Shown here piece by piece: positions 1-12,380 of a stretch of DNA of 64,000 nucleotides (positions within the stretch are counted from its first letter, which is position 1; every line of letters begins with the position of its first letter). The stretch spans positions 14,561,350 to 14,625,349 of the forward strand of contig CM082581.2 of assembly GCA_040954595.2 (NCBI GenBank), given 5' to 3'. The DNA is from Balanoglossus misakiensis (Eukaryota > Animalia > Hemichordata). The notes below the pieces were generated by a model. It was not told the DNA's origin and made no database searches. It saw nothing but the letters and a program-made list of their open reading frames with translations. Position numbers and translations under genes: made by a program.

Positions 1-29
1 GTCACTACTATGCTGAGAGCTCTTGTCTG
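1..29 (+). CDS. FANCI: FANCI exon (partial, VTTMLRALV)
   Basis: Donor gtaagt at 30; phase matches the next exon. Confidence 0.85.
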
Positions 30-3000
30 GTAAGTAATATGCACACACACACACACATATTGTCACCGTTGTGGACAAAATTTCTGGAATATCAGTTCTG
101 CTTATGTCTCTGTTCTGGAAAAATCAGGATTTGTTGCCTCCTGGAAAAGTCCTGGAATCTTTAGTGATTTTAAACAGATCAACATTGCAAAAAATTATTA
201 TCTAAACTGAATGAAAAGTTCCAATGTTCATAGGTTTACTGCATACATGTAGTTATCTTACTGCATACATATCATGGAATTTTCGCCTAATGCAGCGATG
301 ACATTCCAAGTCATCAAGAAAGTTTGAAATCCCTAAGAGAAGACCATGATTTCATTCGTTACATTGTGAACGTGTCACTGCAGAAGATCCAACAAGTCCA
401 GGAAAAGGGACAGTGTGACGGACCAGATGGCAGCGACAGAGATAAGATCTACAAATACTGCACTACCATGGCCAGGTAATCAAGTGGGTCTTTAAAAAAT
501 TTTCTATCAAGGGTATATCACTCTAACAGACTAGCGATACAAAACTGCAGCAGTCATATGTCCATGCATTGGAACGAAAGGCTTCATCCTGACAGAAGAA
601 ACATTTTTCCTTCATTGAAAAATACTGTAAAAGATTAAACTTTATTTTCAGAGTGATGTTAAAGAAATACTCTGCAGATGCTTATGCACCAGACGAACAT
701 GCCAAAAAAGAAAAGGTAAGTATACATGTAGATGGTTTCATCACACATTCCAGGCATTGATGCAAAGATTATGCCTCTTTATGCACTCTATAAATTCTGG
801 AATCTTTGTATTGAGGTCACTCATTAAGATTTCTTCATCTTTCTAGGGCAAGGCACTATCTTCACTCTGCCTCGACGGAGTCCATAATGTCATCAACATC
901 ATGTGCAGTCGATATCAGAATAGAGTTTTTGATTTCCTACAACGACTAAACATTGACGAAGATACAAGTGGAATAGAAGACATAGATGAACAGGACATCG
1001 TACATCAATACATCAAACAGTTCCAGGTTTGTCCATGAACACATTCCATAGATATCTATAAAATTCTATAGCCGATATAATTTGTATGCAAGTATATAGA
1101 ATTTCAATGAATGTTTATAGATTCTATGTTTTAAACCATATTTCTATTAAATTCTATAGAAATGATAAAATCTATAGATTGCTATAGAATTCTATAGAAC
1201 GCTTTTTTTTTAGGGGATGTGTGATTTCCTTCTTGAGAAAAAGCCCCAGTAACTCCAACTTTGGGTTCTTTTCTCAATATTTTTGTTTTGGGTATTACTG
1301 TTGTTTCTTGTTCTACTCTGTAAAACAACAAGAATTGCTCAGCATTTGATTTTCCAACACAGCCCTTTTTTTTAGTGATCAGCGTTTTTATTGTTGAAAA
1401 TTGAATTGGAGTCAAGGCTTGAATTCATTTGAAAAACAACAACAACAACAACGGCTGTTACTCATATACACTACAGGCTTTGTTGAGAAGCTAAAGATAT
1501 CTATTGATGCCTGTAGAAACTTTTTCTCATAAGGGTTGTTTTGATTTCTTCTACAGAGATTAACCATGAATATCTTGAATGCAACGGACGACCAGGATGT
1601 GAGCACTAAGGATGCCGTTCAGCTCTGTCACATCATTTCAGTGCTGGCCAAGTATCTCAGTACCACTGGACAACAGGTATCACACATGCAACCTTTCACC
1701 CCTCTTTTCTACCACATGTAGAATGTGTGATCAACAGTGTGGAATATTAAAAAGTCGATTCAACACTCGTAAACTAGGAAGCATTGTATGACGTGAGCAC
1801 TGATTTTTGTCTACTATTTGCTAGAGTGACATTACATGTACTATCACACTTTAAGAATAGCGTGATTCTTGACTGAAAATCCTCATTTTTCCATTTCTCA
1901 TGTTCAGTTTGTCAAGTTGCACTCCTGGGTGACCAAGATCTGCAAAGAACAAAATCTAGGTAAGAACATGGATGAGCTGTATGCCAAGAGTAGTTGATGT
2001 GTAAATAGCACATGCATGATGTGCAATGTAAACATGAATGCTTATAAATTTGGCAGCTGAAACTCCTGCCATGCCTGTCTATTTACAGCTGACATTCTCT
2101 GTTAACTGCAATTTACTCCATCAAAGTGTCTTCAGGTCATAAGAATGTTCTTTCCTAATTGCATTCTTTTGATTCCTACACTACTGTCAAAATGATTCTC
2201 ATGTTGGATTTGTATTTTGTAGATGATTCATCCCTGACCAAAGTGTTCCTGAGTTTGTTGTTTTTGCTGACATCTCAGTCCAACACTAATATTGTGATCG
2301 CCAGAGAGGTTGCCCAGGATATTCACAGTCAAGTTGGTGATGTAGACCAGGTAAATTATGGCTGGAACATGCTTTGAAAAGTTTAAAATTAAGCTATATC
2401 TTTTTCAATTGGCCACCCAAATGGAAATCTGTGATTGGCTAAATCGCCACTTTCCATGGTAACTGTGGCTACATTTGCAATGTCTGAGGTTGGTTGAGAG
2501 CACCTGCAGGACAGAATACGTCATATAGTAAGGGGGGGGGTATATTTTCTAACTTTTTGAGGCATTTCTTAACCCTTTCACCACCATTGTTCAGTCCAAA
2601 CCCATTGTTTTCTATTGCAAGGTTTGACCTCTATACAGGAATCTTGGGGTGTGACAGGGTTTAAAGAATAGGTAGTCCTATAGAGAACCATCATATAACA
2701 TAAAATAACTAGCTATTTTAAACTTTTTAAGGATGTTGAAGTGGAAGACAGAACTCACTTTGCAATTATCAATCCAAGAACAGCTGCTCCAACTGTGTTG
2801 GTGAGTACATACCGGTACTCTGACATGTATGTATGTATGTGAGAGGGTGTCCACGAATTAACCGAAAAATCTATGACATAATGAGTTTAGTTTTGATGTA
2901 AATTAATAATGGTACATGGAGTTGCCATACAATTTAAAGGTTTTATTACATTTTTTCTGAAAAAGCTTCTTGTTTCAAAAGCTTTCCTTCAGTAGCGCGT

Positions 3001-6000
3001 TTTTTTTTTGTTTTTTTTTTATTTCTATATGTTTCAAATGTTTTGTGCACATTGCGTAGCTGTTATTGATGAACCATGTAGAGAAATACCTCGATGAAAC
3101 GGAATGGGTTTTGGCTTTAATGAGAGCTGATGCCATGAATAGTAATTCCACAGGTAAGTTCATGTTGCTTTCTTTTCCCTAAAATTTGCCCCTACTTACT
3201 GAGAATGTACATATGTACTCATATGTGGACGGCCTATTCTGGAGGGCGCCCTCCCAATTGTATTATCCATCACTTTTGTTTTTATCACAATTTTTCCAAT
3301 TCAATAGTAGTAGCTGTGATGTAATCTACGTGTATTTCAATACCCCGACTTGTACTTCTTGATTATATGTCATGTCTTATCTACTGTCTTGCAGATCGAG
3401 ATTCTCCAGGTCCTACTCAACAAGATACTTTAGATAAAGCAATTTGTACCCGTATGGGTACCTTAGTAACAGTGTTTCATGAACTGGTGCAAACTGCTCT
3501 GCCAGTCGGCATGTCTGTAGACTCCTTGGTCAAAACACTAACACGGGTCTATTCCACACTAGCATTACTGGCTAAATATGTAAGTGGCCAGTTTTTCCAG
3601 AAAATTGTTACCAAACACTTGTGTAGAACCCAGTTTCACTAATCCGTGCCAAAAGTGGCTTCTCGATTTGCAAATCAGCAAAATAGTGAAGAGATCTTTT
3701 CAGCTAAAGCTTTAAAATAAGAATGTTAATAAAATTGTTGGTATTAAGCCACAATTAGCTAACGTAAGCTAGAATCAGGAAATGGGAAATACAAATGTAC
3801 CTACAGCTTTAAGGTCATTGTAATCTGTTGTGGTTATTAAAGCTACAATGAAAGAAGTGACTTAAGTATACTTCAGCTTGCTCTATGATTGACTTTCAAC
3901 TATTTTTGACTGTTGCAGTATCTTGTATTGTACAGCCAGCGTGTTGGTCATTTATCAGTGCGTTTTGAGAAATTGGTGAAATTGACTGGCACCCACCTGA
4001 CTCAGCAATGCTATGCTATGATCAACTATATACAGGTAAGTGTATTGTGCATGCATGTTGAGAAATTGCACTTTGTTTCCTGACATAATGAGAATGAGAC
4101 CCAAAGTAAAAAGGGGAAATGCAAACGTCATGATGTGAGAATTCTTAAAGACTTCCAGTGAAAGAATACAAAGGCATCGGTTTCTCATATCCGTTTTACA
4201 CATAAAGTATTTTCACTGAGCAATAAGCATGCGTGTAATGTTCGTATTGTATGAAGCGTGTTCTCATACTACCCGGTCGGTTTGTAGAGTTTTGGGGTTT
4301 ATCATCTGCCTAGTTGACTCATGTTTGTGTTTCTGGGTGACAATGGGTTAATTTTTGCTGTTTGGACAACAATAATGAAATTGTCCAAAGTGAGCGCGTT
4401 GATCGGGAACTGCAGAGTCATTGGCATTCAGTGGAGGAAGTTAGTATAGTGTGTCTCATGTCAAAAAATGTTGATGGTTGAAGTCAAAGATAAAGATTTC
4501 AAAGGTTGAAGTGAAGGGTTAAGATTAGATCCCATTTGTCTTGGAATATTTATTACCTCTAATCTCTTACTGCATTGTATTCCAAAACAAGGGTGAGTAC
4601 CCTGTCCTTTTACCTCTTTATCTCAGGAAAATTCGTGATTCTCTCTGTAAGTGTAACCAGACTGTAGTCTATTGTGTAACTAATTAAACTATGGGAGATA
4701 GCAATCAGGTATTTAAAACTAAGGTTCCATCTACCCCCTCACCAAATAGCCAAAAAGTCAAATGGTAACTGATGTCGGTGACTGGTACATGGTACATGTA
4801 GAGAGGTATTTTCCACTTGAAACACAGAAATTTGAAATAATGAATTCAAAACATCTGTCCCAAAGTACATAAACTTGTGTATTCCATCCTGAATTTGTGT
4901 GCTTATTCACATGCATATATGAACACTGGACTTGTGGGAAAATTGTCAGGTGTTCACTGGTCAGAAATTATTATACAAAATTCTGTTACCTGAAACCACA
5001 TGATCTGTATTATCTCATGTTATTTTTAAGTGGTGCAACGACATTAGGTTGGCCACTGCTGTACCTCCCCCAGAATTCCATTTTTGTTCTATTGGAACAA
5101 ATTGTAAAGTAATGGATTATGCACTTGGCAGGACTGCATAGCCAAACAATCCAGGTCACAATAACATGTCATGACCTCTATTGTTCAGTTATGGAACTTT
5201 GATACCTAACTGGATGAAGCTAATAATAGTGTATGACATCAGACTTATATTTGTCACATTACTACTGTGGTTTATTTCATGTAATTTTTCATTATTTGTT
5301 TATCTTATTTTGTCATGATGGTGTAAGTCTAAGGATCCATTATCCCTGAAAATGGAAAGGCTCATGTCTCTAGTTTAGTTGCCATGTGGAGGTCGGTTCT
5401 ACTGAACAATTATTATCAGGGTCTTAAGTAGAGTCTGCATCTATTGTAAGTCGAGTGGTACCATGCATTGACACCGTGTAATGGAGAAAAGCTTCAAGGC
5501 TGACTCACATGTAGACCTTGCTAACATACATTTATGCAACCAGGAAAAGACTTGGCTATCAATTACTGAACATTCTACAACACTGTTCAAGGTTAGAGTG
5601 ATAGGCTATGAGCTTTCACCAGGCTTGTTTCAGCACAAATTACTCACAGGTCTTGAAAGATAATTGTTTCAAAATTCTCCTCAAATTTCCGAGTCCTGTC
5701 ATGTGACACTTGACAATTGTCATGTGATTTGGGGACAAGTAACAATCTGTCAGTGTGCACAATAACTCAATGTGGACACATTGAGCAAATGCAAACAGGT
5801 GACTGCCAACAATTATCATGAATGATGATGCTTGAAATGTTTCTTTTCTGAACACTGGTATGGTTTGAAAAAAGTGGAAATCACAGAATACATTAACGTA
5901 GACATGCCACTAGAACTACAAGAGACATGCACACACCATGAGAGAACTGTGATAAACTTTCAAGTTTTTTCTTCACTTTGTTGCAGACGAGTCAAAATGA

Positions 6001-9000
6001 GCACTCAATGCAGCATGTGCAGACAAACAAAGGGAGCAAACTCAAAGATAAGAAGAAACAAGAAGCCTCATCAATGACAGGAAAGGTGAAGATCTTGAAG
6101 GAAACAAAGTCAATACCCAACCTGATATTTTCTATTGAACAGTATGAGAAGTTTTTGATTCAGCTGTCCAAGAAATCCAAGGTAACATATGTGTAATAAC
6201 ATCACCATGGTATAGTCATTTACGATGCCAGAATTGTCATTTCTGTACTTTACAAATATTACCTAGTTTCTACCATTGACCAACAGCTTTAGAAGAAAGG
6301 AAGTGAAAAGTAGAAAATGTGTTTGTTTCCCCTAAAGGCTGTGTAATTGTGTTGACTTATTTAATACCAGTTGTCATTTTGTGATGTGGTTATTGATGAT
6401 CATAATGATGACTGATTTGAAGCACTTTGCTCATTGGTTCATTGAGAGCAGGTGTTTCATTATTAGATAAAGCCAATAACTAAAGGTTGTTTGATACTGC
6501 ATGTAGATATTACCATATTTTGCCCTCTCATGGTCTGGAGCATGTAATTTTTTGCAAAAGTTGGAGTGGGTGGTTACCCAGATCCCACTTAACTGTGCAG
6601 CATTTACTTTCCAAACAAATTTGGAGAGATGACATTGTTCAAGAGCTGACAAATTTGACATTCTCATGTTGACGTGATTATCGTCACATTAACACGCCAT
6701 GTTTATAAATATTCAGCAAAACTATGTCTTTGATAAGCCATTGTTTTCACTGTCAAATTGGACATTCTTCGTAGAAGATAAATGTTGTCAGTTTCAGGGG
6801 AAAACCATTTCAAATGAATGATTTAAGATCGGCCAGTCATCATGCTAAGAAATGTTTCAGTTGATTGTAGCTCAGAAGCTCTGAAAAATAGTTTTAAAAT
6901 TTCAAACTTATCATTTCAAACCTCTTTCTTTAGTTAAAAATGAAAATGGACTTCAGGTGTGAGTTGACTATTAATTATAGGTCCTTGGGTGGGTGGAAAC
7001 AGAGAAGTTTTTTTCCCCTGATGAACTCCCGATCTCTCATCAAACAGCCCATCGAGAATCATACCATGTGAAAAACATACATTTTGTACTTTTTATATGA
7101 CCAGCTACTTGAAAGGAAAATCAATGAAAAATGTCAATCTTATTTTCATATAAGAAAATCAATACTTGAAGGGTGAGATCACTCATTCTAACACATGCAA
7201 CCTAAAGAATGTCAAGTGTTATAATTACATACAATTGTATTCCTGCAGAAACCAAATTCTAAAAGTCGTTTGTGGCGGTTGAAAACCCTAGCTGCGTACT
7301 GAACAGTGTATGAAACTAACTTTTGTGATTGTTTTATGAAGTACTTTGAGAACAGCTGATTAAGATTTAATTTGTTCACCCTTGAAAGTCAGCATGTTGA
7401 TGCATCCCTCTTACCACCTTTCCATCACTAAGATATGGAACATTCCTACTGTTTTTGATGGTAGGGTTGGATTCGTTTAAGGCCTAACAAGGTTGTCACA
7501 GTTGCAGTCTTCTTTGATAAATTGCCAGGTTCTACCAGTACAATTTGAATGGTCCAAACAGTTGCCTTCTCTTTGTTCGGTTGGATTTCACAGCATGCGG
7601 TGTTTGATGTATGCAGCGCTTCCTTGTGTTAGTGAATAGAATTTTAAAGCCTGCACAGAGGTACATGTACCAGGCACCTCTGTTGAGTCTGTGTCCTTGG
7701 GCCATCAACACAGAACTGGCTGATTGCCAACTCATTTCTGTTTCAAATATATGCCACCAGGCTGTTTTCGTCTGTTCAAAGGAGTTGCACAAACAGATCC
7801 TGTACCAGTAAAGTACAGGACAATATTTACCAGCAAATCTGTATCTAAATACTATCTTGGCACATTCTCAAAGTGGTTATTTGCAGTTCTTCATAGTGGG
7901 AAGTAAATGTCGCAACACACATTGAACATTAATCCCAGTTTTAATATTTCTTCACATCACATATCACAATTTTCATCTCTGGCTCACCATCTAAAAAATT
8001 AAAAAAAATTATATTGAAAAATCTGTTCTAGGAAAAGTCCTGTCAGAAACTATATGATTAGGAAAAAATTTCGATAACCTTAAAAATTCCTGCAGAATTC
8101 ACTTGAGGCTTTTAGTAGTGGATTGTTAGTTGCCAGATCTGAAATTCATGACACCGCCCATTATTAATTGGAATGTGGCAGCATACTATTTTTATGCGGC
8201 ATCTGTGAGTTCACATACAGGTACTTCTGTGTAGAAACCAACAGTGTAATGAATGTTGAAATAGTATGGTGATGTGTTTTGTCAGAGTTTAATAGCTTGC
8301 GAATCTATCTCAACATTTAGTCAGTGTAGACCTACAAAGTCGAAACTACAATTATAAGTACATGAAATTACATTTAAATAGTTACATAATTGTATATACA
8401 TTCCATGTTCCATGACGAGGCCAAATTTTCTACTCCAATAACATACTTAAGCACTTCTCCATTTTTGGCATGAAATGTGGGATTTAAATTCATCAACTTT
8501 GTTGCCAAACACAATGAACAAATATTTGCTTGTTCCTTTTAAAATTCCATTTCTGTGTTGTATAATTGATTTTCTGAAAAAGACAAACAAATATCACATG
8601 TTCGTTTTGTTGCACAATACATTTTTGTCCTTTTGTATCAAAAATAATTCCAATACACAAAACTTCCTGCCCATAATAATCTATCACTTGCTTCACCCAA
8701 GGTTTAAGCAATAGCAGTTTGCATAGTAGAAAAGTGACTACCAATACCTTTACCAATACCTTTACAGTGTAAAATCTGATCAGAATCATTTCAAACTTAT
8801 TCTTAATTTATTCAAATAGGCAAACAGAGGTTACTATTATTCCAATGGCACTTTTGTGGAGGGTAGTACCCAGGTAAATGTTACCAGGGTTCCCCAGTCA
8901 TTTTAGGAGAAGTCAATGTCAAATTTCAAAAATCAAGTAGGTGATAACGGGGAGGAAATGGTGTATATTAAATATAAAGCAATTGTTTGAGATTTTGGCT

Positions 9001-12000
9001 TCTGTACAGTTTTGCAGCCAATATCCTACAATGTGTGTGGGGTCAGTGCCGTGAAGGATGTTTTGAATGGAGAATTTTGGACCAGAAATTGCTGAAAGAT
9101 AAAAGTTCAGCTCATTTGTGAAGAAGATGACCCACCTTATAAACTCGAAGTTGAATATGGTAGATTGTACTTTTCTCTGTGCCCATTGAAGCAACTAACA
9201 GATTTGCATGACTTACATTTTTTATGAATAAAGTAAAACCATGTGAACTAAAGGATAATGATCATCTTTTGCGCATGTGCCAAACCAGAGACTCAGGTTA
9301 CAAAAATTGTATAAAGTCAATGACATAAGGCAGTGTGCTGCCCTAACAACAGACAAGATGGCGGTGACCATAGTCTGTATCGAAGATCGGGAAAAGACAG
9401 CAAATTGGGTGAAACGAAGTGACAAAACTAAAGTCTACTTATAATTTGTGCACGAAATATGGAAGTGAACGGTGTCCACTATTTGAATGTGTTGAACGCA
9501 AAATTTGGAGAACATTTAGATGTTTAGATGGGCGTAATGTTTGTAACACACAAAATTATGCACGTGTGTATAAGACGATCGTCGGCCTTTAAATATGAAA
9601 AGTTCATCATGAGATCATACAGTGCCATTATTCTTCAATACCATTATATACTCCTACGGAGTTCAGTGTGTGGCCACTTTAGCTGTTTATGCCAAGCTTC
9701 TGTTCCACTCCCCCTCCCCCCCCCCAATTGTTGTAGTTGCCCGACCTGCATCGGAGAAAGTGGGCTAGACTTATAATGGGTAGAGTCACATGATGGGTAC
9801 AGTACAATGCACTTTGTTCACACTTTCCCTTATCTGGTTTTGCAATGCCATGTCTATTGCCTGTTGATGTGTTGAATTCATTGTCATTACATGTAACTCT
9901 TTGTACACATTTACTTCTTTCTGTAAAACATACAGCATACAGCTGACACTAATCTGATATTTTGCTGAGTATAGCAGTGTGCTCTAAACCCTTTGACTGC
10001 CTTGATTCAGTCCCTACCCATTGTTTTCTATGGTAAAGTTGGACCTCTATAGAGGGATAAAGAGCAATTTCATACAGCCATGAAAGGTGCCCTGACCAAG
10101 ATTCCATTGTGTAGCTGACTAGATAAGATGTAGGGTCATTGACACTTTCTGCAAGAGCGGGGGTAGGTGGGGGGAGGGGGATTGGTTCAAAAGTTTCTTT
10201 ACATTCGTAATGCAACCTACACTGCATGGTGTCTCAGAAGAAGGTTGTTCTCTCCAACTCTTGTACTTGCACAGGAGTGAGCAGTCAGTTCGTAGTTCCA
10301 AAACCAACACTAACTTGCCAGAGCTTGTTGACTTCATAGACCTGCCAGTTGCTATTTATGTGGTAATTAAAAAAAATCACTATTCTGTTAGGCTATTTTA
10401 CTCAGAACAGTTTTATAACAGGCCACCCATAAAAATTGCCAGCCTGTGAACTTATTAGACTTTGTGGATGTGCTCACCCTTGTCGCAAACAAATCAACAT
10501 CCCTTTGCGAGGGGAGTTGAAACTTATATTCTCTCACATTTTGTTGGTTAATTGAGATCTCCAAAATTGAGAATAAAAATTGGGGGACACCATGCAAAAT
10601 TTTCAGAGAGAGCAAAATTGTCTCAAATTTTAATTTCAAAATGGTCGCCAATCTTTAAGTTAAATTTGATTTTCTGTCTCACTGTGTGTGTGTGTACCAT
10701 AACAGGTTCAGTACCTTCATTACCAGGAAATGAAAACTACGTTGATTCTCATTCAAATGTACCATGCTGTGTCTGTTTGGGTATTTCAGATCAATTTGAT
10801 GGAGCATTTCAAGCTAAGCACGTCTCGTGATTTCCGAATCAACACTGCGGCTGTCCAGGCTGCACTGCAACAACAAGATACCAGCTCATCAGAAGATGAA
10901 GAGGTGAAAATGTTGAATAGTAAAACACAAATTCAAAATTGTAAAAGTCGAATTGTAGTAGTACTCTCCATAAACAGCTTGTGTTCAAGTAAAACTGGAA
11001 ACATTGTGTATAAAGACAACATGGCAACTATCAAAGACTTCAAAAATTAACACATAAAGCTGTCTACAAGATAATTTTCAGGATACAATGCTGCACTTCC
11101 ACATACCACATAAATCATCTGGCTTATACTTCAGTGCACACCAGGACAGTTTGCTTTGTTTTTCCTGATAATGATGTCACCATGTCATGAAAAGAATGTC
11201 ACGATTCACATCAGTTTTATTGTGTTCACACTGACCTGATTGAGTACTCTGCTTACTTTGAAATGTTTGATTGCGTATCTTTCATTCCATTCTCATGCAA
11301 GCACTTGAAGGAGATCAATTGTTTGCATGTTAAACTGGACTCCTGCCAAATATTCACTGAGACCCCTGATAAGTCTAGAGGGTCTGTTTTGAGACCCGAG
11401 TAAACAGTCGTGATTTTCATGTTCACATCATATACATGTATCCCCATGATCACGTCAGAGGGGCAGTGACATGATCATGCAAATTTTAAAACTTTGCAAG
11501 GCTTCTGAATTTCTGGTACCAGTTAACTGGAAATTAAGTAGACGCGTTTGTTGTCAAATCGCACTCATAAAAGTGCAATCAGTGAATGCACAACCGAGAG
11601 AATTAAAATTTAAACACGGTAAGTCATGTACTTCTCATTGTTAAGATATTGATTTATAACATTCCCCTACCCGAAACTATCTACCGAAGAAATGGACTTT
11701 TGAAAAGTAATCAGTAATGTATCAGATGAACCTGAGCAAACAAAAAGTACATGTATTTTTCATCTTAAGAATATTATTTTCCTATTTGGTTGATTTTTAT
11801 GGTCTCAAGCACAACTTCTTGAAAATCCTGACATTTGTTTTAAATATTGACAAGGGCAGCTTGCTTTGTAATCCTTGAAAATGGGATGTGTGGCCTTCAA
11901 CTTCTTGGACACTGTTTATAAAACACACGGAAGTTCTGGAAGTTTGAATTATTTTGTGTGACTGGTGACTTACACCCTGGTGTATCATGATATACTATTC

Positions 12001-12117
12001 TCTGTCTAGGGTGATGAAGAAGAGAGTGATGGAGAAAAGGAAGCCAGTGATGAACCACTGGCCAAGAAGAGCAAGACAACGAGCAAAGGCAGCAAACTTA
12101 AAAAGGGCAGCAAATAA
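1..12117 (+). CDS. FANCI: Fanconi anemia group I protein (FANCI), 3' part, 14 coding exons (5' truncated by window)
   Basis: Exons 1-29, 296-475, 652-715, 847-1026, 1557-1676, 1908-1959, 2223-2350, 2732-2800, 3060-3153, 3395-3579, 3919-4035, 5987-6181, 10790-10903 and 12010-12117 have GT-AG boundaries and join in frame (1635 nt, 544 aa + TAA). Peptides match the FANCI C-terminal half as I recall it: SHQESL..LR...[86 protein letters not shown], then an acidic tail and basic NLS-like EPLAKKSK. Confidence 0.96.
296..475 (+). CDS. FANCI: FANCI exon ([30 protein letters not shown]...)
   Basis: tgcag acceptor, gtaat donor, FANCI-like peptide. Confidence 0.93.
652..715 (+). CDS. FANCI: FANCI exon ([21 protein letters not shown])
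   Basis: ttttcag acceptor, gtaagt donor, in phase. Confidence 0.88.
847..1026 (+). CDS. FANCI: FANCI exon ([11 protein letters not shown]...YIKQFQ)
   Basis: ttctag acceptor, gtttgt donor; resembles GKSISLLCLEG...IRQFQ of vertebrate FANCI. Confidence 0.92.
1046..1200. repeat. Degenerate CTATAG(AA)-core minisatellite
   Basis: Repeated ttctatag/ctatagaa units; related tracts at 17420-17450 and 18276-18470. Confidence 0.6.
1557..1676 (+). CDS. FANCI: FANCI exon (RLTMNILNA...[11 protein letters not shown])
   Basis: ctacag acceptor, gtatca donor, in phase. Confidence 0.9.
1908..1959 (+). CDS. FANCI: FANCI exon ([17 protein letters not shown])
   Basis: gttcag acceptor, gtaaga donor, conserved SW..KICKE. 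Confidence 0.92.
2223..2350 (+). CDS. FANCI: FANCI exon (...[18 protein letters not shown])
   Basis: ttgtag acceptor, gtaaat donor, conserved QDIH..GD.DQ. Confidence 0.93.
2573..2659. mobile_element. piggyBac-type MITE (~87 bp)
   Basis: TTAA|CCCTTTCACC...GTGACAGGG|TTTAA; homologous to 20371-20451 and 9989-10060. Confidence 0.65.
2732..2800 (+). CDS. FANCI: FANCI exon ([23 protein letters not shown])
   Basis: tttaag acceptor, gtgagt donor, highly conserved peptide. Confidence 0.94.
3060..3153 (+). CDS. FANCI: FANCI exon ([22 protein letters not shown]...)
   Basis: cgtag acceptor, gtaagt donor, in phase. Confidence 0.88.
3395..3579 (+). CDS. FANCI: FANCI exon (...[35 protein letters not shown])
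   Basis: ttgcag acceptor, gtaagt donor, conserved [10 protein letters not shown]. Confidence 0.94.
3919..4035 (+). CDS. FANCI: FANCI exon (YLVLY...[24 protein letters not shown])
   Basis: ttgcag acceptor, gtaagt donor, conserved EKLVKL.G.HLT..CY. Confidence 0.94.
5987..6181 (+). CDS. FANCI: FANCI exon (...[27 protein letters not shown])
   Basis: ttgcag acceptor, gtaaca donor, hallmark FANCI peptide. Confidence 0.95.
9989..10060. mobile_element. Degenerate copy of the same piggyBac-type MITE
   Basis: Shares cagtcc...cccattgttttctat...ttggacctctata with the other copies. Confidence 0.55.
10790..10903 (+). CDS. FANCI: FANCI exon ([18 protein letters not shown]...)
   Basis: tttcag acceptor, gtgaaa donor, conserved STSRDFRI. 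Confidence 0.93.
12010..12117 (+). CDS. FANCI: FANCI last coding exon (acidic tail + basic NLS-like end, TAA)
   Basis: gtctag acceptor; [35 protein letters not shown]; AATAAA at 12375-12380. Confidence 0.85.
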   Translation, partial: GDEEESDGEKEASDEPLAKKSKTTSKGSKLKKGSK

Positions 12118-12374
12118 CGGACAAGGTGCAGTTGTTCCGTAAAAGAGAAGACAATTACACATGACAAGATCACTGCCCATTCTGAAAGATTTCATTTCAC
12201 ATGTTTCAGTGTTGTTGTTTTTCTCGTTTGTTTCTCATGAAATTGCTTCTTCTTTGAAAGAATGTTTTGGGTTCCAGTATTTACAGCCCTGAGCACTGCC
12301 ATAAACTCATTAGAGTCAGAGCTTACTACAGCCATAAACAGAAGTTTCCATTGTGGCAGATTTGGGATAACAGC

Positions 12375-12380
12375 AATAAA
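12375..12380 (+). promoter_or_regulatory. Candidate polyadenylation signal for FANCI
   Basis: Canonical AATAAA ~260 nt after the stop codon; usage not verifiable from sequence. Confidence 0.4.

Noticed and set aside
4535-4590. 13-bp inverted repeat TTGTCTTGGAATA / TATTCCAAAACAA
   Set aside because: Too short, with no TSD or second copy seen; cannot be distinguished from chance.
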